Positions 9,100 to 18,147 of a DNA stretch of 64,000 bases are shown piece after piece (the first letter of the stretch is position 1; each line of letters begins with the position of its first letter). A program made the translations under genes and the position numbers. The stretch lies in the NCBI GenBank assembly GCA_965223905.1, contig CBDCXV010000011.1, forward strand, positions 1,248,001-1,312,000, given 5' to 3'. This DNA comes from Candidatus Latescibacterota bacterium (GTDB lineage: Bacteria; Latescibacterota; UBA2968; UBA8231). The notes below the pieces were generated by a model. The model worked only from the letters and a program-made list of their open reading frames with translations. It was not told the DNA's origin and did no database searches.

Positions 9100-11721
9100 C
9101 TACTTGAGCAGGAGCATCCCCATGCAGAGGTGCCCCTGCGGCGTGCTCAGGAGGGCGTGGTAGCGGCCGCTGGCCAGCGGCCGGCCCGCCTGGTCGGTTC
9201 CGTCCCAGGCGATTCGGTAGGCCCCCGGGTCGCGGTGGCCTTCGTCGAGGATCCGGATCAGTTGCCCGAGGCTGTTGTAGATACCGAGGCGCACCGGTCC
9301 GGCCGCGGCCAGTTGAAAGGGAATGACGGTGAGGGCGTTGAACGGGTTGGGGTGGTTGGGCTCCAGGAGGAACCGGTCCGGACGGGTCGGTTCGGATTCG
9401 ACCGCGGTGGGCCACCCCTCCCCGGGAGAGAGGATCGGCCGGTCGGCGAGGTGGACGGCGGTCAGCCGGGCTTTCCCGTTGCGGGTGTCGGAATCGAGGT
9501 ACATGCGCAGCAGCTCCCCCTCCCCGAGGGCCGGCCGGGCCCCGGCAAATGCGATCCGGGTGCCGCCGTCCCCGTGCCGGTAGTCCAGCAGAAAACCGGC
9601 CAGGTCGGCATCCAGCTCCACCCGCCCCCGGACGCCTTCGAGAAGCATGCTGCCGGACGGAGCTGCCGAGCGCTCGTCGATCCAGACCGCCAGGAAGCCC
9701 GGAGTAACCTTCAAGGCCAGCCGGGGTTCCAGGTTCAGGGTTTTGGATGCCGGGCTGAGGATCCGGGGATGGTTATCCGATCCGTCCTCCTGCACGGGAA
9801 AGCGGCTGATCAGGCCGACCCGATGCTGCAGAATGAGAGAGGCGTCCAGGGGGGAGATGCTGCCGGCCGCGGCGTCGAAGGCCTGGGCGTCGACATTGGC
9901 GGCGAGCGAATCGAGGCCCGTCAGAAAGGGCTCCAGCACGTGGGAAAGCACCCGGGCGGCGTCGAAGGTCTGCAACCGTCCGTTGCCGTCGGCGTCGCCG
10001 AAGAGGCCGACGATGGCCGTCGCCGCGGTTCGCACTTCGGGGATGCCCGTCTGCGTCAGGGCGTCCGCGTAGCTCACTTCGACCCGGTCCCCCCGGGCCA
10101 CGGCCAAGCCAGTCCCGGACCCCGTCAGGGTTACCGGCAGGCGGCCGGCGAACTGGCTGTCGTCCGCACCCGCCTCCAGCAGGCTTACGGCGACAGGGAT
10201 GCCCGCGAGGTTGCGCCGCGCCTCCACGGCGACCCGCTCGCGGACCAGTGGATCGAGGTTGAGGTCCATGTCGGTCACCAGAATCCGCAGCGAGTCCCCC
10301 GGCTCGGCCGCGGTTGTGACGGCCAGCACGCCATCCTCGCCGCCCACCGATACCGGGACACAGTGTTTCAATGCGCCTCCCGCGGCGTCGAGCTCGTCGT
10401 CGTAACAGGCCGTCAAAGCGCTGCCAGCTCCGACTTCGATCCGGTCGTTTCCAGGCACCGGGGTTCCCCGGACCGTGCCGAGAGAGCCCTGGAACAGACC
10501 GGTGCTGGCGTCGACTTCGAGGAGGTTCACCTCTTCGCTGTCGGCCCCCCCTTCCACGCGAACCGCCAGTTGGTCCGGAGCATCGGGGTCGAGATCTCCA
10601 TCCCCGTCCCGCAACTTCAGGGTCAGGGCCGTCCCGGGAAAAAGCAGCAGGGGCTCGGCTTCGAGAGTGCCGGTGGCCCCGGTCCAGCGCAGCCGGCCGT
10701 CGGTCTTGAAGACCCCCAGGGCGCCGTCGTTGAGCAGGGCGTGGGTCAGGTAGAGCGGGGCCGTGGTGACCTGGCGGCGTTCCGCGGTGTCGAAAGAGAG
10801 ACGCACCAGGGTGCCGTCCTCCGCCAGCGGATCGCCGGTGGAGGCCAGGACGATCTTGAGGGTGTTGAAATCGGTGCCGGCCGCGTTATTCACCTCGAGA
10901 ACCCAGTCGGTCGTCAGGTCGGTGAGAGCGACCGCTGCCGGAGCCGCGGTCAGCAGGTCGGGGTCATAGGCCACGAAAAGCTCGACCGCGACGATGCCCT
11001 CGCCGGTGACCCCGGTCAGCCGCACCGGAAGGTCGATGCGCGTTCCGTAAGAGGCCGTCGTATCGGGCAGGACCAGCCTCGGGCCCGAGGGAGTGCCGCT
11101 CCCGGGTGTGGAGGGTTGGCCCGGACCCGGCGGGGATGCACCGGTCCCGGGGGTAGGAGTATCCTGGGCGGTGAAGTCGGCCAGGTTGTCGCCGGTGTCC
11201 GACCCGTCCGCGGCCCGGGAGAGACTCTGGCCCGCCTCCACCTGAGGCGCCGGAGTCCCCTCGCCGGCGTTGTGCTCGCCTGCATCTCCGTACTGAAGGG
11301 CGTCGACGACCTGGTCCTGGGGATCGCGCAGCTGAACCGCGTCGGGGCCGTTCTGCCAGTCGACGTTGGCGGTGAAATCCCGGTGAGTCAGGGCCGCCCC
11401 TGTGGCATTTTCGTGGGCCACGACCAGCAGGCCGTCCGCGGGAATGGTCGCCCCGTCGAGGGCGATGGTGCGATAGGCCTCCCCGTTGCTGCCGTTGACG
11501 CCGACCAGGCTCCAGCCGTCGAGAGCCGTCCCGGCCTCCCCGGCGATTTCGGTGAATGCCTCTTCCGCATCGCTGCCGGACCCGTCGTAGAGCACCTCCT
11601 GAATGCGGGGCGGGGGGTTCTGGCCTTCAGCCGGGTGAACGGTGGAAAGGGCGAGAGCCAGCAGACCGCTCGCCAGACCGAGGGTTCGGGGATATGAGGA
11701 TGCAGCAGTGCGCTGTGTCAT
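9100..11721 (-). CDS. Secreted modular protein: lamin-tail domain, cohesin, dockerin-like, C-terminal FlgD-Ig domain
   Basis: Signal peptide; IQEVLYD..EFTEI-like LTD; LPDTTASYGTRIDLPV..YDPDLL cohesin; GDADGNG..DAARVL and ISPLDASLIL dockerin pair; NHPNPFN..WDGTDQAG..ASG.Y tail. Confidence 0.75.
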   Translation of the reverse strand: MTQRTAASSYPRTLGLASGLLALALSTVHPAEGQNPPPRIQEVLYDGSGSDAEEAFTEIAGEAGTALDGWSLVGVNGSNGEAYRTIALDGATIPADGLLVVAHENATGAALTHRDFTANVDWQNGPDAVQLRDPQDQVVDALQYGDAGEHNAGEGTPAPQVEAGQSLSRAADGSDTGDNLADFTAQDTPTPGTGASPPGPGQPSTPGSGTPSGPRLVLPDTTASYGTRIDLPVRLTGVTGEGIVAVELFVAYDPDLLTAAPAAVALTDLTTDWVLEVNNAAGTDFNTLKIVLASTGDPLAEDGTLVRLSFDTAERRQVTTAPLYLTHALLNDGALGVFKTDGRLRWTGATGTLEAEPLLLFPGTALTLKLRDGDGDLDPDAPDQLAVRVEGGADSEEVNLLEVDASTGLFQGSLGTVRGTPVPGNDRIEVGAGSALTACYDDELDAAGGALKHCVPVSVGGEDGVLAVTTAAEPGDSLRILVTDMDLNLDPLVRERVAVEARRNLAGIPVAVSLLEAGADDSQFAGRLPVTLTGSGTGLAVARGDRVEVSYADALTQTGIPEVRTAATAIVGLFGDADGNGRLQTFDAARVLSHVLEPFLTGLDSLAANVDAQAFDAAAGSISPLDASLILQHRVGLISRFPVQEDGSDNHPRILSPASKTLNLEPRLALKVTPGFLAVWIDERSAAPSGSMLLEGVRGRVELDADLAGFLLDYRHGDGGTRIAFAGARPALGEGELLRMYLDSDTRNGKARLTAVHLADRPILSPGEGWPTAVESEPTRPDRFLLEPNHPNPFNALTVIPFQLAAAGPVRLGIYNSLGQLIRILDEGHRDPGAYRIAWDGTDQAGRPLASGRYHALLSTPQGHLCMGMLLLK

Positions 11722-12159
11722 GGCCGTACCGCCTTGGATTCAGATGAGCTGGGATCAGGGCAGTTGGTGCGTCGGCCAGCTCTTCTGCACGGACCGTGCC
11801 AGCGCCGCCGGGGGGCTGCCCGGGGCAGGCCAACCTATTGTGGAGCAAGGCGATAGGACCGAGCCCCCGGGGGCGGTCCACCGGTGGGGGGTGTCACCTG
11901 TTCGGGGCACTGGGTGGGGCGGTATGGGTACAGTTCGGGGACGGTCGCAGGATCGCGGCTGCCGTATGTCCTCAGTGTTGCGGCTGTCTACCTACTGCAT
12001 CGGGCAACCGCGTACCCGTTCAGGGGTGCCGCGCGGGGACCGGAGAACGGGGTCACCTGGCCTTCACCGGTGCTAGACGGAAAGGCAGGTGCCGGAGGTG
12101 TGGTGTCGCCCGAGTACAGTCAGGCGGCCAGGGGGTGCTCCGGGGAAATACGCGGTGGG

Positions 12160-12819
12160 CTACCGGAGCAGGAGCAGTCGCCGCGTTTGTACCCCGCCGG
12201 GATTGCTCAGCCGGCTGAGGTAGACGCCGGTGGCCACTGCAGCGCCCTGTTGATCGCGGCCGTCCCAGCGGACCTCGTAGGAGCCGGCGGTCTGGAATTC
12301 CTCCACCAGGGTGCGTACCGGCTGCCCCAAGGTGTTGTAGATCACCAGCCGCACCGGGCCGGCCACGGCCAGACGGTAGGGGATCTTCGTGGTGCCGTTG
12401 AAGGGATTGGGGTGATTGGGCTCCAGGCTGCTGGCGGACGGCGCCACAGGCGCTGACGCCTCCGCAACGTGCGTCGAGGCGCCTCCTGTATCCCACAGGA
12501 GAACGGTGCCGTCCCTGCTGCCGCTGGCAAGGGTGCGGCCGTCCGGAGAGAAAGCCACGGAACTGACCCGCTTCCGTTCCCCATACGCGTCAATGGACCT
12601 CTTTTTCCCGCCGGTATTCGAATCCCACACCTCGATCGGGCCGCGGCCTCCGCCAGCCAAGGTTCCATCGGAAGAAAACGACACGGAAGAGACCGATCCC
12701 CCATGCTCCAGGGTCGCCTGAAGCTGGCCGCCGAGGTTCCATAACCGGATGCCGTCGCGACTTCCGCTGGCCAGGGTGCAGCCATTCGGGGCGAACTGCT
12801 CATCGATGCAGCGCATCAA
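12160..12819 (-). pseudogene. 5'-truncated WD40-repeat protein with C-terminal FlgD-Ig domain
   Basis: Only about 2.5 WD40 repeats (VAFSPDGRTLASGSRDGTVLLWD), no signal peptide, starts mid-repeat; NHPNPFN tail. Confidence 0.7.
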
Positions 12820-12977
12820 CTGCCGGTTGAAGGAGCTGCCTGATCTGGCGGTGCGCTCAGCGCCTTGACCGAAAGTCCAAAAAGGTGCCGCATTTTACCT
12901 ACTCCTTTGGGGTATATTCAGCCCTGAGCTGAGAACGTGTGTGCCAGTGGCGGACCTGCAAGGTCTCTGAGGCTTAC

Positions 12978-15092
12978 ATGCACCTGCCGATCCTTCCAAC
13001 AATCCTCCTGGGGCTGACGGCACTCGGGATTCCCGCAACGGCGGCGGAGACCGAGGTACCCTTTGCCGCCGGCACCGACCACAGCGGCCGGGCGCGGGCG
13101 GTGAGCGATGCGGAAGGCCGGGTGATGATCGAGTCGCCGGAGTTCCCCCGCGGCCTGTGGGTGGACCTGACGGATGAAGCCGGGCAGGCCTTGGCGGGCA
13201 TCCAGGTGGAGTATCAGGGCCGGGCCGACAGCCTGGTGGTCATCTGGTCCGTCGATCCGTCCGGTTTGCGGCAGGAGACGCTGCTGTGGACCCGCACCGA
13301 CGGGGACGCCTTGCGCCTGACCCTCCAGGCTGCGGACCCAGCTGACCTGCCACCGGGCTTGGCCTCCATCGACTGGCGGATCGACCCGGGCGCCGAAGAG
13401 CTGCTGGTGCTGAATCCGGTGGAAGGGCCCCTGCTCGCAGGCTGGGGGGACCTGAGGGCTTTCCTGCAGGAGCGCTGGATGGGGCGCACAGGGCGGGTAG
13501 CCGTGCAGGTCGACAGCACCACCCTGGCCGTGGACCTGGCTCACCCGGAGCCTGTAGACCGGCTGGTCGGCTACCTCCAGGACCAATCCCGGAGGTCACT
13601 GGGAGAAGCGCAAGCCCCCCTCGTGCAGACATTCCTGAGTCCATACGCATTTGACGAGGACCTTGCTCTCCTCAAGGACTCGATTGTCCTCATCGCCTAC
13701 CTCGTCCTGGTCCCGGGATCGGAGTTGGAACAGTGGGTATTGGGGTCATTGTCCAGATCCAGCGGCCCGGTCACCCTGTCGGAAGCCGCCGCGTTGACAA
13801 GGCTCGATGTCCCGGGCCGCAAGATCGTCGACGTGAGCCCTCTGGCGGCCCTGACCAACCTGGAAGCGTTGGTCCTGCGTTACAACGAGATCGTCGACCT
13901 GAGCCCTCTGGGCGGCCTGGCCCGATTGGAAGTGCTGGACCTGCGAAAAAACCAGATCGCCGATGTGAGTCCTCTGGCGGCCTTGACCAGCCTGCAACAG
14001 CTGCGGTTGGAGGACAACGAGATCGTCGACGTGAGCCCTCTGGCGGCCTTGACCGGATTGGAACTGCTGGCCCTGGCGGGCAACCAGATCACCGATGTGA
14101 GTCCTCTGGCGGCCTTGACCAGCCTGCAACAGCTGGGACTGAGCGAAAACCGGATCGTCGATGTGAGTCCTCTGGGTGCCCTGACCAGCTTGAAGTGGCT
14201 GACGCTTAATGACAGCGAGATCGTCGATGTGGGCGCTCTTGCCGCCCTGACTGGTTTGGAGGGACTGGTTTTGGCTGGAAACGAGATCGTCGACGTGGGT
14301 CCTCTGGCCGCCCTGACCGGCTTGAAGGAACTGGGGCTGCATTACAACGAGATCGTCGATGTGGATCCTCTGGCCGCCCTGACTGGCTTGGAAAGGCTTA
14401 GGCTGCGTGGGAACCGGATCGGCGATGTGCGTTCACTGGCCAACCTGACCCGTCTGGAATGGCTGGAACTGGGCGACAACCAGATCTTCGATGCGAGTCC
14501 TCTGGCGGCCATGACCCGTCTGGAATGGCTGGAACTGGGCGACAACCAGATCGTTGATGTGAGCTTCCTGGCGGCCATGACCGGCCTGGAAAGGCTTAGA
14601 CTGCATTACAACGGAATTGTCGATGTGAGTCCTCTGGCCTCCCTGACCCGCTTGGAGGGGCTGGGCCTAAGTGGTAACCGGATCCTCGATGTGAGGCCCC
14701 TGGGCTCCCTGACCCGCTTGGAACAGCTTGCGCTGGCTGGAAACGGAATCGTCGATGTGGGACCGTTGGCCTCCCTCACCAGCCTGTTCCTCCTGATCTT
14801 GTCCGACAACCAGATTCAGGACATCAGTCCTCTGGCCGCCATTACCGACTTGGAAGAGTTGGAGCTGGCTGGCAACGTGATCGTCGATCTGACCCCTCTC
14901 GCCACCCTGAGCGAGCTTTACTATCTGAACTTGCGCAACAACCAGGTCCAGGACATCAGTCCTCTGGTCGCCAGTACCGGTTTGGGTGAGGGAAGCTATG
15001 TCGACTTGCGAAACAACCCCCTCAGTGACCTGGCCATGAAGGAACAGATTCCCGCCCTGGAGGCACGGGGTGTCGAAGTCGACTACTACTGA
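12978..15092 (+). CDS. Secreted internalin-like leucine-rich repeat protein
   Basis: Signal peptide MHLPILPTILLG; 18 tandem 22-aa LxxLxLxxNxIxDxSPL repeats; VDLRNNPL cap. Confidence 0.9.
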   Translation: MHLPILPTILLGLTALGIPATAAETEVPFAAGTDHSGRARAVSDAEGRVMIESPEFPRGLWVDLTDEAGQALAGIQVEYQGRADSLVVIWSVDPSGLRQETLLWTRTDGDALRLTLQAADPADLPPGLASIDWRIDPGAEELLVLNPVEGPLLAGWGDLRAFLQERWMGRTGRVAVQVDSTTLAVDLAHPEPVDRLVGYLQDQSRRSLGEAQAPLVQTFLSPYAFDEDLALLKDSIVLIAYLVLVPGSELEQWVLGSLSRSSGPVTLSEAAALTRLDVPGRKIVDVSPLAALTNLEALVLRYNEIVDLSPLGGLARLEVLDLRKNQIADVSPLAALTSLQQLRLEDNEIVDVSPLAALTGLELLALAGNQITDVSPLAALTSLQQLGLSENRIVDVSPLGALTSLKWLTLNDSEIVDVGALAALTGLEGLVLAGNEIVDVGPLAALTGLKELGLHYNEIVDVDPLAALTGLERLRLRGNRIGDVRSLANLTRLEWLELGDNQIFDASPLAAMTRLEWLELGDNQIVDVSFLAAMTGLERLRLHYNGIVDVSPLASLTRLEGLGLSGNRILDVRPLGSLTRLEQLALAGNGIVDVGPLASLTSLFLLILSDNQIQDISPLAAITDLEELELAGNVIVDLTPLATLSELYYLNLRNNQVQDISPLVASTGLGEGSYVDLRNNPLSDLAMKEQIPALEARGVEVDYY
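13790..14970 (+). repeat. Tandem 66-bp LRR-coding repeats (about 18)
   Basis: Recurrent AACxAGATCGTCGAxGTGAGxCCTCTGGCGGCC at 66-bp period. Confidence 0.85.
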
Positions 15093-15183
15093 CCCGACAT
15101 CTCCGGTTCCTCTCCTGCTGAACGGAACTACCGGTAGCGTTTTCCCGGTTGCAACCGTTCCTCCACGACCCGTCATCCCCTGC

Positions 15184-15727
15184 TCAGGGCACCAGATAAA
15201 GACTGCCGACGCCATCGACGTCATAGCTCTGTCCCTTGGTCGGCCTCCACATGATCCACCACTGGCCGCTCACGCGCCTCACCGTGAGGTTGAACCGGAT
15301 GCTGCCGCCCGGCGAGATCCGGAGGTTCCAGCGGCACCTCCCACTCGGCGCTCCACCGGCCATCTCCGACTCGGGCCCCGTACCTCACCCCGCGGGCGAG
15401 CCGTTGCCTCGCCTCCTCGCTCGCGCCCGTCTCGTTCTTGGTCTCCCAGGTCCCTTCGGTGTAGCCGCGCAGCACCTGCGTCTCCGCGAAGAGGTCGTCC
15501 GCCGCGTTGAAGGCGAGTTCCACGGCATCGCTGCCCCCCTAGACGGTCCCGAGATCGCGGGTCTCGGCGAGCTCGGTGACCAGGCCCACCCTGAGGGCGC
15601 TGCCGTCATGGGTCAGCCACGCCCACGCCGCCGGCTCGACGAGCGCTCCCGACACGTGCGCCTTGAGAACCATGGCTGCCTCCGGCGACAGGCCGCCCCA
15701 CTCCTCCGGCTGCAGCTCGCCGTCCAC
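15184..15727 (-). pseudogene. CBM9/DOMON-like sugar-binding domain remnant
   Basis: VDGEL..EEW, DAVELAF, WSAEWEVPL, RFNL motifs; in-frame TAG at 15539-15541, a frameshift near 15305, no 5' end. Confidence 0.6.
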
Positions 15728-15768
15728 GATTATCTCATAAAAAACATGCTATGGTATAGGAGAGAGAC

Positions 15769-16426
15769 ATGCAGCGTTTTGTTTCGGTGCCCGCGTTCCT
15801 GACGGTCTTTGCAATGGCCTCACATACCTCTGCTCAGAAGATGGATACTTGGCGGAAATTGGTTTTTTCGCCCGACCTCCTGAAGGACTCCGTGCTTGTT
15901 ATTCAGGATGAGCGTGCGGACGTACTCACCGATCCACTTCGTTGGGGTATCCTCGAAATTCTCGGAGATGGGAAGTCCATTACGGAGATTTCGCAGACCC
16001 TGGAAGTAACCGATGCCCGGGTGCTCTATCACCTCCGACGCTTGGCACGAACGGGTGTCGTACGATTGGAGGAAGATGAAGGAGACCCTCGGGAATGGCG
16101 CTGTTTGCCGGCGGCAGGAACACTACGGGTCCGAGAGCCCCTTCCCGGAAAGGACCCAACTACTGAGGCCATACCAGCCGAGGTTGCCACCCAGTTCAAT
16201 CAAGCATTTCGCGAAGCTGCCGAGGGCTTGTACGGTTCGACATTTCAGATGGCAGTCAACCACAACCGGGCACGCCTGTCTGAAGAACAAGCAGCAGAAT
16301 TTAGTCGTCGAACTATTGGCTCTGATCGAAGAATACTTTCCCCCCGGGAAAGGGGACCGATCAGGCATCAAGTACGGTTTCCATGGGGTTCTCACCCCGA
16401 TTGACCTCCACCTTCTTGGGGACTGA
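15769..16426 (+). CDS. ArsR-like winged-helix regulator, frameshifted near 16311
   Basis: DPLRWGILEIL..KSITEISQTL..VLYHLRRL..GVV HTH; C-terminus (LLALIEEYF) continues in another frame after an extra A. Confidence 0.75.
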
Positions 16427-16429
16427 AAA

Positions 16430-16695
16430 CCGGTTCGACGATTTGCTCTAAAGACTGACATGACCTTACCGCCGACCCCGGATGGTTCCCCGAGTACACC
16501 GAACCTGCGGTTCCTGTCTTCCCGGATACGCGGTCTTTCTTCAACGTCAACCCCACCGCTCGAGGCACCGTTCCTGATCGCCAAGTGTCCCGGCCATAGG
16601 TGAGTCCCCACCGGCGACGGCTTGCAGACCCAGGGGGGATCATTACCCCCTCCATCGGAGCTGGTGACCTTCCCGACCCCCGGTGCCAATCTGAC
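16430..16695 (-). mobile_element. Probable 5' fragment (domain I) of a group II intron
   Basis: Minus strand reads GTCAGATTGGCACC..AAGGTCACCAGCTCC..GGGGGTAATGATCCCCC..GCAAGCCGTCGCCGG..CAGGAACGGTGCCTCGAGC..CCGGGGTCGG; resembles intron 5' regions from memory. No RT ORF or domain V seen. Confidence 0.45.
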
Positions 16696-17081
16696 ATGCT
16701 TCCGTGTCGGAAACCTGAGCTTCTTCAACCGAAATCGGGGAGATGCGCTTTCCAGATCACCTGACTTTTTCAGCACGAATCCTGTGAAAATTGCCCGCCA
16801 GCCGACATCCCCCGTTTCCCCCTAAACAGCAAGGATCTGGATGTCCTGGTTCTCATTTTTCTCTATATGGTTATACCACACTTTTATTCATTTTGTTAGC
16901 TGACTTTTCGTAACATTCCGATGTAATTCCTTTTTCTTTGAGTGAATGAACCCAGTTATCACCATATGCCCGCATACAGTCGACCGCAGCTCGACGGTTG
17001 GAGGGGGTGGGTGTGACTATCCGCATTGCCCGCCAGCGGGAACAGTCCGGCCTCCCGCAAGCCGAGCCTTCCCGTTACGGG

Positions 17082-17150
17082 CTACCTGAGCAGGAGCAGC
17101 CGCCGAGTCTGCACCCCGCCGGGGTATCTCAGGCGGGCAAGATAGACCCC
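17082..17150 (-). pseudogene. Isolated last 22 codons of an FlgD-Ig tail
   Basis: Translates GVYLARLRYPGGVQTRRLLLLR*, nearly identical to the end of the 12160 gene (GVYLSRLSNPGGVQTRRLLLLR*). Confidence 0.75.
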
Positions 17151-17316
17151 CGTAAGGGCACGGTGTGGACCATATCGTATACGTAAGCAGTGCGAGTTCG
17201 GAGCCGGCCTGTGCGCAAAATGGCCATGTAATTGACATTACCTCCCCCGCAATTTTTTTGGATAACCCCCAATTGGAACCCCCTGCGCCAACAACCCCTG
17301 GGAGCGACGGCGACTT

Positions 17317-18123
17317 GTGATCTCCGCATTCATCGAAACAGTCAACCCGCGTCCGAACTCACTCGGGAAACCGCTGGTTCGGCGGCTTGGTCGGATCCCG
17401 GCGGCCCTTCTCGTCGCCTGTGTGTCGGGCGCATCCTGTATCCACACGCAGGAGGCGGCCGAGGTGGAATTCAGCTTCTCTTTCCAAAGCGATGCCGAGG
17501 GGTGGAGCGCCGGATTCGCGGACCTGCCTGCCGACTTCGCCCCATCGATCTACGAGCTCGACTCCGGGCATCGCCGGCTTCCCGACGGCCTCGAAGGCAA
17601 CGGCCTCTACATCCAGGGGCACAATCGCAGCGACGACCTCTTCATGTTCTTCAAGAGGCAGGTCGGCGGACTGAAGGCCGATGCGGAATACACCGCCGTC
17701 CTGTACCTCGATCTGGCGACCAACGTCCCGGAAGGTCTGGTCGGCATCGGCGGCTCTCCCGGGGAGAGCGTGTTCGTGAAAACGGGAGCGTCCACCGTCG
17801 AGCCCCTGGCTCCCGAGGACGACAACGGATACTTCAGGATGAACATCGACAAGGGAAACCAGTCCAACGGGGGCCGGTCGATGGTTGTTCTGGGACACGT
17901 CGCTCACCCGGAGGTGACCGGCGAGGAGTACCGCATCAAATCCCTCAACAACTCCGGCAGTCCGGTGCATGTCACCGCGGACGGAGAAGGCAGGCTGTGG
18001 CTTGTCGCCGGCACCGATTCCGGATTCGAGGGTCTGAGCGCCTTCTACTACGCCCGCATCGCCTGCACGCTCACCCCGGTGGAAACTCCGGGCACGGGGG
18101 CTTCCCTCCTCGGGGTCGAATAG
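17317..18123 (+). CDS. Exported or lipoprotein hypothetical protein
   Basis: Hydrophobic N-terminus with Cys; GC3-rich codon use; beta-rich body (GHNRSDDLFMF, GTDSGFEG). Start uncertain. Confidence 0.75.
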   Translation: MISAFIETVNPRPNSLGKPLVRRLGRIPAALLVACVSGASCIHTQEAAEVEFSFSFQSDAEGWSAGFADLPADFAPSIYELDSGHRRLPDGLEGNGLYIQGHNRSDDLFMFFKRQVGGLKADAEYTAVLYLDLATNVPEGLVGIGGSPGESVFVKTGASTVEPLAPEDDNGYFRMNIDKGNQSNGGRSMVVLGHVAHPEVTGEEYRIKSLNNSGSPVHVTADGEGRLWLVAGTDSGFEGLSAFYYARIACTLTPVETPGTGASLLGVE

Positions 18124-18147
18124 AGTTCGGACAGGTCGGGTTTACGA

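Noticed and set aside
12978-16695. Diversity-generating retroelement acting on the repeat proteins
   Set aside because: No reverse transcriptase, and no repeat pair differing specifically at adenines.
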